Positions 18,390 through 28,171 are shown, counted from the stretch's first letter. The stretch: 64,000 nucleotides of DNA from Candidatus Levyibacteriota bacterium (GCA_963790825.1 CAWBPM010000003.1:189681-253680), one strand, 5' to 3'. Numbers and translations: made by a program. Notes: generated by a model from the sequence alone, not told the origin.

Positions 18390-21061
18390 TATTTTTTCCC
18401 ACTTCCGCACCAGCAGGGATCGTTGCGACCGAGTTTTGCATGACTATTTTGCACGGGAGCAGAAGACGCACTTGCTTTTCGCATTTGTTCACTTACTTCA
18501 CTCTCCGGTGTATTTAACTTTATGTTACTTTGCTCCTGAACAGGTACCGGGTTTTGGGTTATTTGAATTCTATAGATTCTATGTACAATCTCGTCATCGA
18601 TTCCCGCGATCAGCTGCTCAAACATTTTGAATGCTTCATTTTTATATTCCACCAATGGATCTTTTTGTGCATACCCCCGAAGACCGATGCCACCCCGCAA
18701 ACTTTCAATCGCATCCAGATGTGCCATCCATAAATTATCAATGACTGATAACATAACAAATCGCTCAGCAAAACGTGAAAGCTCTTTTCCCATTTGCTCT
18801 TCTCGCCGTGCGTAAATATCATGAGCAACTTGCGTCAAAAATTCTGTTTTTTCTTCAGTAGCTGTTCGCTGTTCAAGTTGTTGGATAAGCTGTTGTTGGG
18901 ACTGCGGGTCGAATTGAATAATGGTCCCGAATGCTTCCATAATTTTTTCATTCGCTGATTTTTCTAAGTCTAAATTCCCCTCGCCATTCACAACAACAAG
19001 TGTTTGAATCGCGCTATCGATACGGTTCACAACTTCGTTGCGAAGTGTATCTTGCGATTTTTCAGCCGATTCCAGAACTTTTTTTCTAAGTGTATAGATG
19101 ATTTCCCTATGCTTATTCAAAACATCATCATACTCAACCGTATGCTTCCTGCTGTCAAAATAAAATCCTTCTACCTTTACCTGCGCGTTTTCAATAGCCT
19201 TCGAAACGAGTGAGTGTTCAAGCGGTACGTCTTCCGGCATATTAAACCGTGTCATAATGCCGGCAATTCGGTCTCCGCCAAAAAGCCGCATAATCTCGTC
19301 TTCCAAAGAAACAAAAAACTTAGAAGCACCGGGATCTCCCTGCCTGCCAGATCGTCCTCGAAGCTGATTATCGATACGTCTGGATTCATGCCGTTCCGTA
19401 CCGATAACATAAAGTCCGCCCAGTGAAACGACCTCATCATGTGCTTTCTGCCAGGCTTTAAATTCACTAGTTCCAATTGCTGCCCGTCCATCTTCTATTT
19501 TCGGCGAGTCGCCGCCTAAGATAATGTCAACTCCGCGTCCCGCCATGTTCGTCGCCACCGTCACAGCATTTTTTGCTCCGGCCTGCGCGATAATTTCTGC
19601 CTCTTTGACGTGGTTTTTGGCATTTAATACCTGGTGTACTATTCCCCGCCTCTTAAGCAGTTCGGAAAGAATCTGGTTCTTATCAATTGACGTCGTACCG
19701 ACCAGTACGGGTTGTCCTCTTTTATGTGCCTTGTCAATCTCAGAAACGACCGCAGTAAACTTCGCCCGCGATGTTTTATATACCGCGTCAGGATAGTCGG
19801 TTCTGTTGATAGGATTATTTGTAGGAATCACCACGACGTCCAGTTTGTAGATTTTCTGGAATTCTTCCGCTTCGGTAACAGCTGTTCCTGTCATGCCGGA
19901 AAGGAGGCGGTACATACGGAAATAATTTTGCAGAGACACTGTTGCCAAAGTTTTCGATTCCCGCTGAATTGGCACATTTTCCTTTGCTTCGATAGCCTGG
20001 TGAATTCCTTCCGAGAGCCGGCGTCCTTCCATAAGTCTGCCGGTAAATTCATCAACCAAAATCACCTGATTATCACGAACGATATAATCTTTTTCGCGGT
20101 GAAACAGGGTTCGTGCTTTAAGTGCCGCTTCCAGGTGGTAGACGGTATCAAAATCTTTCTCGTAGATATTCTGGATTCCGTATAGCTTTTCTATTTTGCC
20201 GATACCATGATCAGTCAAATGTGCGGTTCGCAGTTTTTCATCTATTTTATAATCAGTCTCGGACGTCAATTTATCGACTATTTTCGCGTAATCATAATAC
20301 TTGGCAGAAGGCGATTCGTCGGGTGCTGAAATAATATGCGGCGTTCTCGCTTCATCAATCAAAACTGAGTCGACCTCATCAACAATTGCAAAATAATATT
20401 CTCTTTGGCTGATATCTTTAATATCCTGAGCCATATTATCACGCAGGTAATCGAACCCGAATTCCGAATTAATGCCGTAGACGACATCTGCCTGATATGC
20501 TTCCTTTCTGGTAATTGGTCTAAGGTGCGAAAGTCTGAAATCCGTTGCTGTTTGATCGGTAAAATCAGGATCATAAAGATACGAACGTTCACTAATAATT
20601 GATGAGACTGAAACACCCAGCAGATGAAATACCGGCCCCATCCATCCCGCGTCTCTCCGAGCCAGATAATCATTGACAGTAACCAGATGCACTCCCCGTC
20701 CGGTCAAACTATGGAGATAAAGCGCCAAAATCGCGGAGAGGGTTTTTCCTTCTCCGGTTTTTTGTTCGGCAATCTTTCCTCTGGAGAGAACAACTCCTGC
20801 CATAAGTTGCACGTCATAGTGCCAAAGTCCCGTTGTCCGTTTGCTTGCTTCACGACATAGTGCAAATGCTACAGGCAGAATCGTATCGGTTGTTTCGCCT
20901 GACTGTAATCTGTTTTTTAACTCCTGAGTTTTCTTAGGAAAATCAGTATCTTTCAGTTTTTCGTATTCTTTAGAAAACGCATTTATTTCGGCGATAACCG
21001 GTTTGAGCCGTTCAATTTCACGATCATTGGAATCAAATAATTTAGAAAGAAGAGGAATCAT
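18365..21061 (-). CDS. secA: Preprotein translocase ATPase SecA
   Basis: N-terminal DEAD motor (KTGEGKTL), preprotein cross-linking domain, and C-terminal zinc finger CWCGSGKKYKRCH. TGGTAAGAT extended -10 box 6 nt upstream of the ATG. Confidence 0.95.
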   Translation of the reverse strand: MIPLLSKLFDSNDREIERLKPVIAEINAFSKEYEKLKDTDFPKKTQELKNRLQSGETTDTILPVAFALCREASKRTTGLWHYDVQLMAGVVLSRGKIAEQKTGEGKTLSAILALYLHSLTGRGVHLVTVNDYLARRDAGWMGPVFHLLGVSVSSIISERSYLYDPDFTDQTATDFRLSHLRPITRKEAYQADVVYGINSEFGFDYLRDNMAQDIKDISQREYYFAIVDEVDSVLIDEARTPHIISAPDESPSAKYYDYAKIVDKLTSETDYKIDEKLRTAHLTDHGIGKIEKLYGIQNIYEKDFDTVYHLEAALKARTLFHREKDYIVRDNQVILVDEFTGRLMEGRRLSEGIHQAIEAKENVPIQRESKTLATVSLQNYFRMYRLLSGMTGTAVTEAEEFQKIYKLDVVVIPTNNPINRTDYPDAVYKTSRAKFTAVVSEIDKAHKRGQPVLVGTTSIDKNQILSELLKRRGIVHQVLNAKNHVKEAEIIAQAGAKNAVTVATNMAGRGVDIILGGDSPKIEDGRAAIGTSEFKAWQKAHDEVVSLGGLYVIGTERHESRRIDNQLRGRSGRQGDPGASKFFVSLEDEIMRLFGGDRIAGIMTRFNMPEDVPLEHSLVSKAIENAQVKVEGFYFDSRKHTVEYDDVLNKHREIIYTLRKKVLESAEKSQDTLRNEVVNRIDSAIQTLVVVNGEGNLDLEKSANEKIMEAFGTIIQFDPQSQQQLIQQLEQRTATEEKTEFLTQVAHDIYARREEQMGKELSRFAERFVMLSVIDNLWMAHLDAIESLRGGIGLRGYAQKDPLVEYKNEAFKMFEQLIAGIDDEIVHRIYRIQITQNPVPVQEQSNIKLNTPESEVSEQMRKASASSAPVQNSHAKLGRNDPCWCGSGKKYKRCHFPN

Positions 21062-21087
21062 ATATTTATCTTACCATACCCCAGCCT

Positions 21088-21119
21088 CAAAAAAAACCCC
21101 CAAGCAAATGCCTGGGGGC
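21088..21119 (-). terminator. Intrinsic terminator: GC hairpin (GCCCCCAGG/CTTGGGGG) followed by a T8 run on the minus strand
   Basis: Minus strand reads gcccccaggcatttgcttgggggtttttttt. Lies downstream of serS and the small ORF, about 30 nt before the secA promoter. Confidence 0.6.
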
Positions 21120-21159
21120 TTAACTACCAATTGATCAATTGGTGAAAGAAACAAAAAAG

Positions 21160-21219
21160 TTATTTCTTCTTCTTCTTTGTTGACTTTCTTGCTACTTTCT
21201 TGGTTTTTTTGGCTGCCAT
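21160..21219 (-). CDS. 19-aa lysine-rich small ORF (MAAKKTKKVARKSTKKKKK) with a perfect Shine-Dalgarno sequence
   Basis: TAAGAAGGAGGTGATCCGC lies immediately 5' of the ATG (complement of the 16S rRNA 3' end). Followed by the 16-nt palindrome CCAATTGATCAATTGG, then the terminator. Confidence 0.35.
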   Translation of the reverse strand: MAAKKTKKVARKSTKKKKK

Positions 21220-21434
21220 GCGGATCACCTCCTTCTTACCTGCATAAATTGATAAATTCAATACTTGAGGCAGGTTGCATCTATAGTGAAATATTTTTAT
21301 CATTATGTCAAGTAAATTTATTGCTTCAAAGTTAGCAGTTTAGCTTGTCAATTCAGCAAAAATCATCATACCAAATTATTACTTTTTTATTACAAGTTGA
21401 GGCTAAATTTTAGAAAAATTTTGAGGCTAAAATT

Positions 21435-22760
21435 TTATTTTTTTACAGTTATTATTTTTTTACCGATATATTTTTGTAAAACTTCAGGAATCTGTACACT
21501 TCCGTCACTTTTTTGGTAATTATCTAAGATGGCGATAATCATTCTCCCCATCGCACAACCCGTATCATTTACAGTATGGACATATTCTTTTCCGCCGTCT
21601 TCTGTCTGATATCTTATATTCAGTCTTCTGGCTTGAAAATCAGTCGCATTGGTATCGCTCATTACTTCCATAAAAGTTTTTTGCGACGGAAGCCATACTT
21701 CGACATCATATTTTTTATAGGTCGCCGCGTAGCCGGCATCACCACTGCACATTAAAATCACATGGTAGGGAAGACGTAACTCTTGCAGCAGCCATTCATT
21801 GATAGACAGCAAATACTCCATTGTTTCTTTTGATTGCGACGGATTACAAACGATATCCATCTCGAGCTTATCGAATTGGTGAACCCGTTTTATACCTCTG
21901 ACATCTTTCCCCCATGAGCCGACTTCAGACCTAAAACACGACGTAAAGGCGAATACTTTTTGTGGCAACGCTTTTTCAGGCAGCATCTTATCCATAAAAT
22001 AGGAAAAAAGTGGCGGTTCAGACGAGCCGACCAGATTTAAACTCTGATTTTCCTCAACGTATTTATTTTCTATTTTGTAAACTTGATCCGCGTCTCCCGG
22101 GAAATGTGACGTACCGTAGAGCGTCCGGTCATGAACCAGAAGAGGAACTACCATTGGCATAAATCCTTCTTCAAGTAGTTTATTTTTTAACAATTCAAAT
22201 AATGCGTACTCCAGAAGTACTGCTTCATTTTTTAGATACGCAAAACGGCTGCCTGAAACAAGGGCACTTTGTTCGATATCAATAATGTCCAGTTCTTTTC
22301 CAAGATCCACATGATCTTTGCCTGCGAAATTTAGAGTTGGCATTGCCACTTTCGCAGCATCTTTTTTGCCCAATTTATCTTTACTTACGAAACCATCTTT
22401 CGGAGTCCAAGCTTTTATCTCTAGATTATCATCTTCGTTTTTACCAACCGGCACATCAGGAGAAAGCATATTCGGAACCCAAGATAATTTCTCCCGTAAG
22501 GTTTCTTGCACGGTTTTTAACTGCCCCTCAAGGCTTGTAATCTGATTACCTGTTTTGCGAAGGTGGGTAATTTCCTCAGGGGTCGGTTTCTGTTTCGAAG
22601 ATTGATTGAGGGTTTGCCGAAGTTTATCCAGTTCTATTTGTAATGTTTTTCGTTTATCATCAAGTTTAATGATTTCCAAAATAGCAATATCAACCTTACG
22701 ATTCTTTGCATTTCTTTGTACTTCTTCCTGATGTTCGCGTATAAATTTAATATCCAGCAT
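21435..22760 (-). CDS. serS: Seryl-tRNA synthetase
   Basis: N-terminal coiled coil, class II motifs (FRSEVGSWGKDVRGIKRVHQFDKLE). Start reassigned to MLDIKFIREHQ because a TATAAT box sits 7 nt upstream of that ATG. Confidence 0.85.
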   Translation of the reverse strand: MLDIKFIREHQEEVQRNAKNRKVDIAILEIIKLDDKRKTLQIELDKLRQTLNQSSKQKPTPEEITHLRKTGNQITSLEGQLKTVQETLREKLSWVPNMLSPDVPVGKNEDDNLEIKAWTPKDGFVSKDKLGKKDAAKVAMPTLNFAGKDHVDLGKELDIIDIEQSALVSGSRFAYLKNEAVLLEYALFELLKNKLLEEGFMPMVVPLLVHDRTLYGTSHFPGDADQVYKIENKYVEENQSLNLVGSSEPPLFSYFMDKMLPEKALPQKVFAFTSCFRSEVGSWGKDVRGIKRVHQFDKLEMDIVCNPSQSKETMEYLLSINEWLLQELRLPYHVILMCSGDAGYAATYKKYDVEVWLPSQKTFMEVMSDTNATDFQARRLNIRYQTEDGGKEYVHTVNDTGCAMGRMIIAILDNYQKSDGSVQIPEVLQKYIGKKIITVKK

Positions 22761-22797
22761 ACTTGGGATTATAGCGCGTTTCCGAAAGCTGGTCAAT

Positions 22798-23841
22798 TTA
22801 GAAAGCAATCGTTGACCGGAGTTTCCTAATTTTTGCGACATAAAATCCTTCCATCAAACTACTTGGCCAGACCCGCGCAGTTTTTGTCAAACTTCTGTCA
22901 AACACTTTATTTTTCCAATGTGTTAGTCCTTCGCTTAATTCTAAATTCTCAATTTTTATTTCTTCCAACTCTACCGCTCCCTTTTCTGTTCGTAAGAGCC
23001 AATCAATAATTCCTTCGTTTTCCTCAGGAGCAAGCGTGCAGGTTGAGTAGACAATTAATCCTTCCGGTTTTGTGCAGCTTACTGCAGATCGAAGAAGATA
23101 GCGTTGTGTTTGAATCAAAGATTTAATTTTTCTAAGCGTCCAATCTTTGTACGTTTCTGGATCAAGTGTTGAAACTCTTCCTTCCATACTGCAGGGTACG
23201 TCAACGAGTGCTTTATCGAAATATTCAGGATAAAACTTCCACAACATTTCTCCAGGAAAATTTGCTATTGTTACCAATTCATCTGTCATTCTGGCTTGTC
23301 CAGAATCGCTCTCGTTTCTGATTCTGGAATCGCTTCGCTCTCCAGAATGACGCTGTGTTGAAAATGAAACTCCATATTGTTTCAAAACCGCAGTTAGTTT
23401 ATAGATTCGCTCCCGACTCCTGTCATTTGCCAGAATTTCTCCTTTATTTTCCATATATGCTGCAATCTGCGTTGTTTTACTTCCCAGCGCTGCAGCAATA
23501 TCTAAGATTCTTTCTCCTGGCTTCGGATCAAGAATTAAAGCAGGAATCATACTCGAAAGATTTTGAATATAGACATATCCTTTCTTATAACAATCAGTTT
23601 TTGTCAGTTTTTCTTCACTGTCTTTTAAAATAAACGCGTTAGGAAAGCCCAATACTGGCTCCAGCGGTATTTTCAATGACTTCAGTTCGCTAAGACATTC
23701 CTTATGAGTTATTTTTAACGTATTAATTCGAAATGACCTAGGACGTAAGGTTTGAAGAGACATGAGAACAAGTGGCAGTTTTTTCTCAGGAATAATTATT
23801 CGGAGACGTTCTAGAAATTGTTCAGGTAATGGGTTCGTCAC
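22798..23841 (-). CDS. NOL1/NOP2/Sun-family RNA cytosine-C5 methyltransferase (RsmB/F-like)
   Basis: SAM-binding LDIAAALGSKT and catalytic VDVPCSMEG (PC motif) with a downstream TC cysteine. Contains an insertion before motif IV. Confidence 0.65.
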   Translation of the reverse strand: MTNPLPEQFLERLRIIIPEKKLPLVLMSLQTLRPRSFRINTLKITHKECLSELKSLKIPLEPVLGFPNAFILKDSEEKLTKTDCYKKGYVYIQNLSSMIPALILDPKPGERILDIAAALGSKTTQIAAYMENKGEILANDRSRERIYKLTAVLKQYGVSFSTQRHSGERSDSRIRNESDSGQARMTDELVTIANFPGEMLWKFYPEYFDKALVDVPCSMEGRVSTLDPETYKDWTLRKIKSLIQTQRYLLRSAVSCTKPEGLIVYSTCTLAPEENEGIIDWLLRTEKGAVELEEIKIENLELSEGLTHWKNKVFDRSLTKTARVWPSSLMEGFYVAKIRKLRSTIAF

Positions 23842-23848
23842 AGCGAAG

Positions 23849-24178
23849 TTATTTGGCTTTTTTAGCAGAGGTAGTTTTCTTTTTTGCGATTGTTTTTTTC
23901 GCAGGCTTTTTGGCTGCTTTTTTCGGAGTAGACACTGCTACTTTTCCGCTGGTGAGCTTTGAAAGCGCAGACTTCATATGTGCTGCTTTGTTTGTATGGA
24001 TAATATTATTTTTTGCAGCTTTATCAATACTTTTAAACGCGACACTAATTGACTTAGTCGTAGGGTTCAGATTGGCTTTTTTAACAAGAGACCTGTAAAG
24101 ACTACGGACGCTTTTATTTCTTAGTGTTCGTTTCTTATCCTGACGTAATTTTTTCTTGGCGTGTTTTAAGACTGGCAT
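23849..24178 (-). CDS. rpsT: 30S ribosomal protein S20 with a Lys/Ala-rich C-terminal extension
   Basis: MPVLKHAKKKLRQDKKRTLRNKSVRS matches the bS20 N-terminus. C-terminal AKKPAKK repeats. Confidence 0.75.
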   Translation of the reverse strand: MPVLKHAKKKLRQDKKRTLRNKSVRSLYRSLVKKANLNPTTKSISVAFKSIDKAAKNNIIHTNKAAHMKSALSKLTSGKVAVSTPKKAAKKPAKKTIAKKKTTSAKKAK

Positions 24179-24212
24179 TTCGTTATTTTAGCATGATATA
24201 CTTAAAAAAACA

Positions 24213-25871
24213 ATGGTTGACAACCTCCTAAAGAAAAGCTTGGATCTAATTCTTAAACAACAGACGAACATACTTTCGGCTGCTTTCGTCATTATGATGA
24301 CGAGTGTTCTGTCGCAAATTTTAGGTATTTTCCGCTACCGCTTACTGGCCGCAATTTTCGGTCCGTCAAATACGCTTGGTATTTATTTGGCTTCTTCACG
24401 TTTGCCCGATTTTATTTTTCAGGTTGTTATCGCAGCTGCAATATCTAGCGCGTTTATTCCTGTCTTCTCAAATACTTTGACTAAAGAAGGAAAAGAGGCA
24501 GCGCATAAAGTTGCTTCCGTACTACTCACGCTGAGCATTGTTATTTTCCTTATTCTGGCTATTATTTTGGTAATTTTCGCGCCATTTTTTCTAAGTATCC
24601 TTAATCCCGGATCAGGTTTTACTCCCGACCAAATGAGTCTCATGGCGAATCTTATGCGATTTATTATTATTGCCCAATTTTTCTTTCTCATCGGACTGTT
24701 TTTTACCGCGCTTTTACAGTCCTATAATCACTTTTTCCTTCCCGGATTTGCAGCCGCCATGTACAACCTCGGTATTATTATCGGTATTCTCTGCTTCTCG
24801 TCTTTCGCCGGTATTTACGCCCCGGTTTACGGCATGATTTTAGGCGCGCTTTTGTTTATCCTGATGCAATTACCACTCGTTAAAAAAGTAGGGTTTTCTT
24901 TTCATTTTGATTTTTCCTGGCGTATTCCGGGTGTGATAAAAATATTTTGCTTGATGTGGCCGAGGGCTATTTCAAATACTATTTTTAATCTTGCGGGCCT
25001 TTTGACAGTCGGACTGATTTCGTTTATTCCTTCTTCCGGCCGGTCTGTCGTAATTTTTGATTTTGCTCAAACGCTCGCCTTCGCGCCGGTCGGTTTATTC
25101 GGTCAGGCAATTGCTCAAGCTGCTTTTCCGGCACTTTCCCGTGAAAAAGACAGTCCTGAAGAATTTAAAAAAACCTTTATTACCAGTTTTAACCAGATGC
25201 TTTATATCGTTCTGCCAATTTCCGTTCTGATGCTTATACTTCGTATCCCTATTGTCCGCCTGATTTACGGGGCATCGCAATTCGACTGGGCTGCTACAGT
25301 TCTGACCGGCAAGACACTTGCTTTTTTCTCAATCTCTATTTTCTCAGAGTCTTTAATCGCGCTTATTTCGCGGGCATTTTTCGCACTCCACAATACGAAA
25401 ATTCAGCTGATTGTCGGTGCTGCTACCACTGCTTTCATGTTGTGTCTCGCTTTTATTTTTATCGTCATTGAGCATTTCGGCATCGCCAGTATCGCGATAG
25501 CATATTCAACCGCCAGTATTACGGAGTTGGTTATTTTATTTTATCTTCTTGACCGGGCAGTCGGTGGGTTTGACAGAGCGGATTTCGTGTCCTCATGGAT
25601 GAAATTTTTCACCTGTTCATTTTTCACTGCGTTCGCGCTTTATATACCGATTAAACTTCTTGATAAGCTGGTATTTGATACCACCCATACCATTAACCTT
25701 ATTATTCTTACCGGTATCTCAAGTCTCGCCGGATTAACGCTTTATCTGCTTCTAACCTGGCTTTTCAACGTCAAAGAGGCGTATACTTATATTCTCATGG
25801 CGAAAAAAATCGGCGACTGGCGAGATGTACTTAGGAAATCAGACGAGGTTATCGAAGGCACAAAGTTCTAG
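24213..25871 (+). CDS. murJ: Lipid II flippase MurJ/MviN
   Basis: 552 aa, about 14 TM helices, N-terminal ...ILGIFRYRLLAAIFGPSNTLGIYLASSRLPDFIFQVV typical of MurJ. Confidence 0.75.
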   Translation: MVDNLLKKSLDLILKQQTNILSAAFVIMMTSVLSQILGIFRYRLLAAIFGPSNTLGIYLASSRLPDFIFQVVIAAAISSAFIPVFSNTLTKEGKEAAHKVASVLLTLSIVIFLILAIILVIFAPFFLSILNPGSGFTPDQMSLMANLMRFIIIAQFFFLIGLFFTALLQSYNHFFLPGFAAAMYNLGIIIGILCFSSFAGIYAPVYGMILGALLFILMQLPLVKKVGFSFHFDFSWRIPGVIKIFCLMWPRAISNTIFNLAGLLTVGLISFIPSSGRSVVIFDFAQTLAFAPVGLFGQAIAQAAFPALSREKDSPEEFKKTFITSFNQMLYIVLPISVLMLILRIPIVRLIYGASQFDWAATVLTGKTLAFFSISIFSESLIALISRAFFALHNTKIQLIVGAATTAFMLCLAFIFIVIEHFGIASIAIAYSTASITELVILFYLLDRAVGGFDRADFVSSWMKFFTCSFFTAFALYIPIKLLDKLVFDTTHTINLIILTGISSLAGLTLYLLLTWLFNVKEAYTYILMAKKIGDWRDVLRKSDEVIEGTKF

Positions 25872-25929
25872 TCCAGACTCCCCGGCAATTTAGTTTAGCC
25901 TATTAAATCAATCTTTTTTTTTGTCCTCT

Positions 25930-27014
25930 TGAATAAGTCACGATACATATTGGAATCTTAAGGAAGAAGATTCTATGCCAAGTGATTTTAAACGAGTAAG
26001 ACATTTACGACCAAAATACTCACAAAAGAGCTATCATATACTGATGAAAATGCTCCAGAATTCATTAGCAGTTGAAGTATCCGATGTAGCTGCTTTTCGC
26101 CTTCACGTGATTAATCACTACTACAAGTATGGACTGCGTCCAACCCTTGCTGCATTCAAAATAAAGAAGAGCAGCTTATACAACTGGAGAAATGCTTATG
26201 AACACAACGGAAAAAGGACAATCAGTTTAGTGCCACACGGAACTAGACCTCTCCATGTGCGAAAGATGGAGACAGACTGGAGAATAATTGAGTTCATTAG
26301 AGAGATGAGGCATGAGCATGGGAATATTGGTAAAAGTATGCTCAAGCCCTTTGTTGATGCGTATGCCAAAGAGCTGGGTATTAAGACCTTGGCAGAAAGT
26401 ACTATTGGGAAAGTACTTAAAAGACGTCACTTAACATTTGAGAAGAAAGTCTACCCACAGAAACAAAAAAACAAGTTCAAAAAGCTAAGAGTGAGAAAGT
26501 CTCCTAAGGTAGTTTCTCCTGGATTTATTGAGATGGATTCAGTAGTTGTCTATATCAATTTTGAGAAACATTTGTTTATGTGTGTGATTGATATTTACAC
26601 AAAATTTGCCTTAGTTGTATATGTACCGGATCTCTCCTCAGTAACAGCAAGAGAGGTTTTTAAGCAGTTCCAGTGCAATAATCCAACACCGATTCATACA
26701 ATCCAAACAGATAATGGATCAGAGTTTCTCAAATCATTCCATGAGTATATAGTTGAACAGAAAATTAAACATCAATTTATCTATCCCAGAATGCCAAAGA
26801 TTAATAGTTACATTGAGAGATTCAATCGGACAATCCAGGAGGAATTCATTTTAAGAAATGACGAGATTTACTATGACTCAGAAGCATTTGCAAAAAAGCT
26901 CACAAAGTATTTATACTGGTATAACTATAAGAGGCCACATGCTTCGCTTAAATACATGTCGCCTATGTCCTTTATACAAGCCAAGATTCCAATAAGTGCG
27001 TGACGCATACACCT
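25930..27014 (+). mobile_element. IS element copy 1 (1085 bp; single DDE/rve transposase; IS30- or IS481-like); identical to 47190-48274
   Basis: Imperfect terminal inverted repeats GTCACG-N6/7-TTGGAATCTT at both ends. 2-bp flanking direct repeat CT/CT. The whole element is repeated at 47190-48274. Confidence 0.8.
25975..27003 (+). CDS. DDE-type (rve integrase-core) transposase
   Basis: N-terminal HTH-like region; catalytic D (IEMDS), D (IQTDNGSEF), E, then YNYKRPHASL (rve signature). AAGGAAGAAG Shine-Dalgarno sequence upstream. Confidence 0.85.
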   Translation: MPSDFKRVRHLRPKYSQKSYHILMKMLQNSLAVEVSDVAAFRLHVINHYYKYGLRPTLAAFKIKKSSLYNWRNAYEHNGKRTISLVPHGTRPLHVRKMETDWRIIEFIREMRHEHGNIGKSMLKPFVDAYAKELGIKTLAESTIGKVLKRRHLTFEKKVYPQKQKNKFKKLRVRKSPKVVSPGFIEMDSVVVYINFEKHLFMCVIDIYTKFALVVYVPDLSSVTAREVFKQFQCNNPTPIHTIQTDNGSEFLKSFHEYIVEQKIKHQFIYPRMPKINSYIERFNRTIQEEFILRNDEIYYDSEAFAKKLTKYLYWYNYKRPHASLKYMSPMSFIQAKIPISA

Positions 27015-27050
27015 CTTCCTGGACGTTAAACTTTTTGCTATACTTTGGAT

Positions 27051-27800
27051 ATGTCTCAAGATTTTTACGATAAAGTAGCAAGTAAGTTTGGGAATTATGA
27101 TACTCCGGCTAAATATATTAAGGAATGCCTGATGGGAAATCCTGAAGAAATATTTAAACGTAAACTTCTAGGGATAGGTGGAAAGGATAAGATTGTTCTA
27201 GATGCGGGTTGCGGAGATGGAAGATTTACTCTTTCTATTTCAAGCCATTTTAAAAAAATAATTGGCAATGATACCTCAAGATTAATGTTGAATGCAGCAA
27301 AAAAACTTCAGAAAGAGAAAGGGATTAAGAACGTGCAATTTATCGAGAGGAACACGCGAGAATTAAATTATTCACGTAATTATTTCAACATTATTTATGT
27401 TAGAAGATCCCCGGTAGATTATCCTCTATTTTATAAAATACTAAAGACAGAAGGGCATGTTTTATATATTGGTATTGGAGAAAAAGATACAATGGAAATA
27501 GAAAGAGTATTTGGTAGGGGGCAAAATTTCGGTGGATTTGACGAGCCTAGACTGGAAAAAGAAAAAAATAATATTAAGAATGCCGGTTTTGAAATAATTT
27601 ATGCAAAGAATTTTTATTACAATGAATATTATCTATCTTTTGAAGATTTAGATATATTTTTGCAGGGTGTTCCAATTTTCGAAGATTATGATTCAGTTAA
27701 AGATAGACAAAACTTAGAAGAATACGTAAAGAAACATCAAGAACCTCAGGGAATTGATTTGCCCAGACATAGATATGTAATTGTTGCAGCTAAAGAGTAA
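27051..27800 (+). CDS. Class I SAM-dependent methyltransferase (paralog of 6235-7029)
   Basis: VLDAGCGDGRFT motif I. About 65% identical to the 6235-7029 product. TGCTATACT -10 box 6 nt upstream of ATG 27051 (the ORF track begins at TTG 27045). Confidence 0.7.
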   Translation: MSQDFYDKVASKFGNYDTPAKYIKECLMGNPEEIFKRKLLGIGGKDKIVLDAGCGDGRFTLSISSHFKKIIGNDTSRLMLNAAKKLQKEKGIKNVQFIERNTRELNYSRNYFNIIYVRRSPVDYPLFYKILKTEGHVLYIGIGEKDTMEIERVFGRGQNFGGFDEPRLEKEKNNIKNAGFEIIYAKNFYYNEYYLSFEDLDIFLQGVPIFEDYDSVKDRQNLEEYVKKHQEPQGIDLPRHRYVIVAAKE

Positions 27801-27916
27801 GGTTATCTAATAAGACTAAGCTGGTTCTAATGTCATCTAGTGCCCGCAGTAGAGTTGGATTATGTAAGTACAGACCGGAGTTCCTAAATTTTTTGTGCTT
27901 AATTAAGAAGCTTTAT

Positions 27917-28171
27917 TTAATACTTATAAATTTCTCTTCTATGTCCAACCCTGAGAACTATAATATTCTTATCATCTACATCGAAAATGATTCTATAATT
28001 CCCAATTCTCCATCTGTAAGTCCCGATGGAAGACTCTGTTAGTTTTTTAGAAGTAGAAAGTGGGTCTTTTGAGTATTCTTTGATTTTTTTACCAATTCTT
28101 TTTTTAACTACAATATCTAATTTTTTAATATCTTTAAACGCAGTATTAGTATATAGAAGCTTATAAGACAT
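27917..28171 (-). CDS. RelE/ParE-family type II toxin
   Basis: 84 aa, C-terminal YRIIFDVDDKNIIVLRVGHRREIY typical of RelE/ParE. Start overlaps the antitoxin stop. Confidence 0.65.
   Translation of the reverse strand: MSYKLLYTNTAFKDIKKLDIVVKKRIGKKIKEYSKDPLSTSKKLTESSIGTYRWRIGNYRIIFDVDDKNIIVLRVGHRREIYKY

Noticed and set aside
21088-21142. Classical transcription attenuator controlling secA via the hairpins
   Set aside because: A good extended -10 box (TGGTAAGAT) lies between the terminator and the secA ATG. The terminator therefore more simply ends the serS/small-ORF transcript. The small ORF is kept as a separate finding only.
27045-27050. TTG start for methyltransferase 2 and GTG start for groES (32085) as given by the ORF track
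   Set aside because: An ATG 6 nt downstream of a TGCTATACT box (27051), and an ATG matching the paralog and GroES N-termini (32073), are better supported.
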